Shown here: positions 59,423-64,000 of the stretch, in pieces | Layout of the letters: each line of letters begins with the position of its first letter | Position numbering within the stretch: the stretch's first letter is position 1 | From: Myxococcota bacterium | GTDB lineage: Bacteria > Myxococcota_A > UBA796 > UBA2385 | DNA: 64,000 bases | Assembly (NCBI GenBank): GCA_044344255.1 | Contig: JBIJDH010000002.1 | Span: 224,001 to 288,000, forward strand | Direction: 5' to 3' | Notes under the pieces: generated by a model | The model's database searches: none | Seen by the model: the letters and a program-made list of their open reading frames with translations, nothing else | What the model was told of the DNA's origin: nothing | Translations under genes and position numbers: made by a program

Positions 59423-59451
59423 TTGCCCGACGGCCCCCCCTCTTGTAAGGT
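59423..59451 (+). promoter_or_regulatory. Putative sigma70 promoter of the TonB-dependent receptor operon
   Basis: TTGCCC (59423-59428), 17 nt spacer, TAAGGT (59446-59451). Confidence 0.55.
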
Positions 59452-59481
59452 CGGCCCCCCACAGGCACCTCCGGCGGATGG

Positions 59482-62381
59482 ATGCGCGACCGATTCATGA
59501 ACAACCGAGCCCTTCAACCTCAGCTCCCTTCGCTGCGGGTGGCTTCGGCGCCTGCGCCTCGCCGCCGGCGGCGCCCTCCCGTCTGGGGGAAGCTGCTGTT
59601 GATGGCCACCCTGTTGATCACCGCCCTGCCGGCCTGGGCCGCCGAGACGGTCGGGCAGATCATTGGCACCGTGCTCGATGATCAGGGCCTCCCCGTGCCG
59701 GGCTCGGTGGTCAACACCACCTCGGCGGCCCTCCAGGGAGCGCGGAGCGCCGACACCGACGGAGAGGGTCGCTTCCAGTTCGTGGCGCTCCCTCCGGGCG
59801 AGTATCGCGTGACGGTCGCCAAGCCCGGCTTCAATGACTACGCCGGCCTCATCTCGGTGGGCGCCGGCCGGAACTCGATCCTCAACGTCTCGCTGAAGGC
59901 GGCGGTCGCCCAGGCGGAGATGGTGGTCGAGGACGACGCGCCCACGATCGACGTCACGAGCGCCCGCTCCGGGCTGTCCCTCTCTCAAGAGCAGCTCCGC
60001 GACATCCCGAGCGCAGGCCGTGACTACCAGTCGGCCACGACGATGGCCGCAGGCGTGGTCGACAACGGGACGGGCAACAACAACGTCCGTGGATCCCTCT
60101 CGTACGGGAACCAGTACTACCTGGACGGTGTGAACATCACCGATCCGATCACGAACACCTTCTCGATGAACATGAACTACGACGCCATCGCCGAAGTTCA
60201 GGTCATCACCGGTGGGATGGACGCCGAGTACGGCCGCTCGATGGGCGGCGCGGTCAACGTGGTCACGCGCTCGGGCGGAAACGAATTCGAGGGCGACTTC
60301 CAGCTGCTCTACAGCAGCACCGCCACCCGGGTCTACAAGAAGCTCCCGGAGGAGGAGGGTGTCCCCGTCCCCGAGCGGGCCTCCGAGAGCGCCGCCGTCA
60401 ACCTCGGCGGGCCAATCGTGAAGGACCGCCTCTGGTTCTTCACGAGCGTGCAGGTAAACTATAGCCTGTACACGCCCGCGATGACCAAGGAAGTTCGCGA
60501 CGAATTTCCCGCCGAGTTCACTTCTCAGGATGGGGGGAGCACGGTCTACGACATCCCCACCCAGAAGTGGACCAGCGTGTACTGGTTCGGCAAGCTCACC
60601 TACTCGCCGAACCCGAACCACCGGATCATCGCTCACGCTCAGGGTGACCCCACCAACATCGACAACTCGACCGCCAGCATCTACACCCTGTCGAATGACG
60701 AGGTCTGGTGGAGGCAGGGCGGGTGGCTGAGCTCGGTCCAGCACGTCTGGACGCCGGCGGCCTCGGTCATCGTCGATACGCAGCTCTCTTACTCGACGAG
60801 CTACATCAACACACAGCCGATGCAGTGGAAGGACTGCAAGAGTTACGACGCCGACGGCGCCTGTGAGGATGACTTCGCCGCCGAGTACGGGGCCTGGCAG
60901 TCGAGCTCCGGCTACAGCTATGGGCCCTTTCCTTACGCCAGCTACTCGAGCCGCCAGCGGTATTCCCTCGTGAGCTCGATCACGAAGTTCTTCGAGCTCT
61001 GGGGCCGACACCAGGTGAAGGCCGGCGTGCAGGGAGACCTGCTCCGCACGTCGTCGATCAACCCCGGCCTCGAGGATGGTATCCCCTACTATGAGCCCGG
61101 CGCCGGCGGTGTGGGGGACCTCGCGGGTTACCAGCCCTCCTTCCTCCTCCGGTACGACACGAACCTCGAGGCCGAGCAGGGTGGCGGCATCGCCAGCGTC
61201 TACCTCCAAGATGCCTGGCAGCCGATCGATCGCCTCACGCTGCGCCCCGGCGCCCGCCTCGACTACAGCAGCTTCAGCAACAACGTGGGCGAGGAGGTCT
61301 TCTCGGCCCTCACCGTGGCGCCCCGCGTCGGCGCCGCCTACGACCTCACGGGTGACGGTCGCACCTCGACCCACGCCTTCTATGGGCGCTTCTACGACAG
61401 CGGCTTCCTCGAGATCCCCGACATCCTGTCCCGCGGCCTCAGCGGCTACGGGTATTACAATTGGGACGCCGAGGCCGAAGACTGGGAGACGGAGCCGAAC
61501 CTGTCGGTCGCCTCGACCTTCCTCGTCCACGAGGATCTCGTCCCGCCGCACTCCGACGAATTTGACCTCGGCTTCAGCCGCGACTTCGGCAACGGCTGGG
61601 CCGGTGACCTCACCTGGACCTACGAGGTCAGCCGCAACCTCTTCGAGGACGACGAGGTCAACCTCATCTGGAACGCGGATGGCACCGAGATCATCGGCTC
61701 CCGCGACGGCACCGGCGAGACCTACTACCGCCTGCGCACCCCCGACGAGGCCTTCACCAAGTACACCTCGCTCGAGTTCGCCGTGAACCGCGACTATGGC
61801 GACGGCTGGACCCTCTTCTCCTCCTACACCTGGAGCCGCGCCTGGGGCCGCACCCGCGACGACATCAGTCAGGGGCTGGCCTCGGCCTCCTTTGATATCG
61901 GCCCCCAGCAGGAGTTTGAAGAGGGCCTGATGCCCTATGACACGCCGCACTCGGTGAAGGTGGCCGGCTCCTATCGAGACCCAGACACCATCGCGATCGG
62001 CGACAAGTCGGCCCTCGGCTGGCTCTTCGGCTGGAACTACATGCTGAGCTCGGGCACGCCCTATCGGCCGGTCTATTACCAGCCGACCTATCAGGACTGG
62101 ATCAATTACAAGGAGCCCCTGAACGGCGACTATCGCCTCCCGGCCTACTCCCGCCTCGACGCCAAGGTGGGCGTCTCCTTCCAGCGCGGCCAGACCAACT
62201 GGGATGTGACCGCCGAGTGTTTTAACGTGCTGAACGACCGAACCGTCACCTCTGTGTGGACCCTCGCCGACAACCCGGACGGCACGCCCCAGACCGACGA
62301 AGACGGCAACATCCGCCTCGGTCAGCCCGACGGGCGTCAGTCTCCTCGATACTTCCAGCTCGGCCTCCGGGGGGAATTCTG

Positions 62382-62382
<1 letters not shown>
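59482..62382 (+). CDS. Oar-like TonB-dependent outer-membrane receptor with N-terminal carboxypeptidase-regulatory-like domain
   Basis: G.I.GTV.D..G.P.PG, LPPGEY.V, plug N.Y.LDGVN.TDP, TGG.DAEYG...GG..NVVTRSG.N, GGPI.KD.LWFF, YLQDAW, PR.G.AYD, C-terminal QLGLRGEF. Start uncertain. Confidence 0.92.

Positions 62383-64000
<1,618 letters not shown>

Overview
High-GC, gene-dense bacterial chromosomal window with about 55 plausible CDSs and one tRNA-Arg(CCT). It looks myxobacterial (Myxococcota-like), based on a MYXO-CTERM protein, a zinc-ribbon/AgmX-PglI (GltJ-like) protein, an Oar-like TonB-dependent receptor and Pkn-type Ser/Thr kinases. Housekeeping genes (aroC, typA, rarA, xth, cysQ-like) are interspersed with many uncharacterised lipoproteins and envelope enzymes. 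I saw no integrase, transposase, prophage, rRNA or CRISPR array. The best candidates for an undescribed system are: (1) a minus-strand operon at 9219->3376 encoding a PHP lipoprotein, a beta-propeller lipoprotein, a stand-alone ComEC-type metallo-beta-lactamase fused to a ComEA HhH domain, DUF3006, a double-HhH ComEA and a YkgJ/FliB-like Fe-S protein, possibly a periplasmic DNA capture/processing module with no ComEC channel in the window; (2) a putative surface-protein glycosylation system (two GT-C-like membrane proteins, a polyprenyl-phosphate phosphoribosyltransferase, two GT2s) alongside many lipoproteins with D-[S/T]-G and DADSD linkers; (3) lipoproteins with ultra-short, charge-less signal peptides, and several apparently leaderless genes; (4) a swivel-first fused aconitase-family enzyme co-oriented with a COG0523 metallochaperone and xth; (5) several apparent pseudo-enzymes (GGDEF, alpha/beta hydrolase, STAND NTPase, SDR). 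All calls come from motif recognition by eye; no database searches were run.
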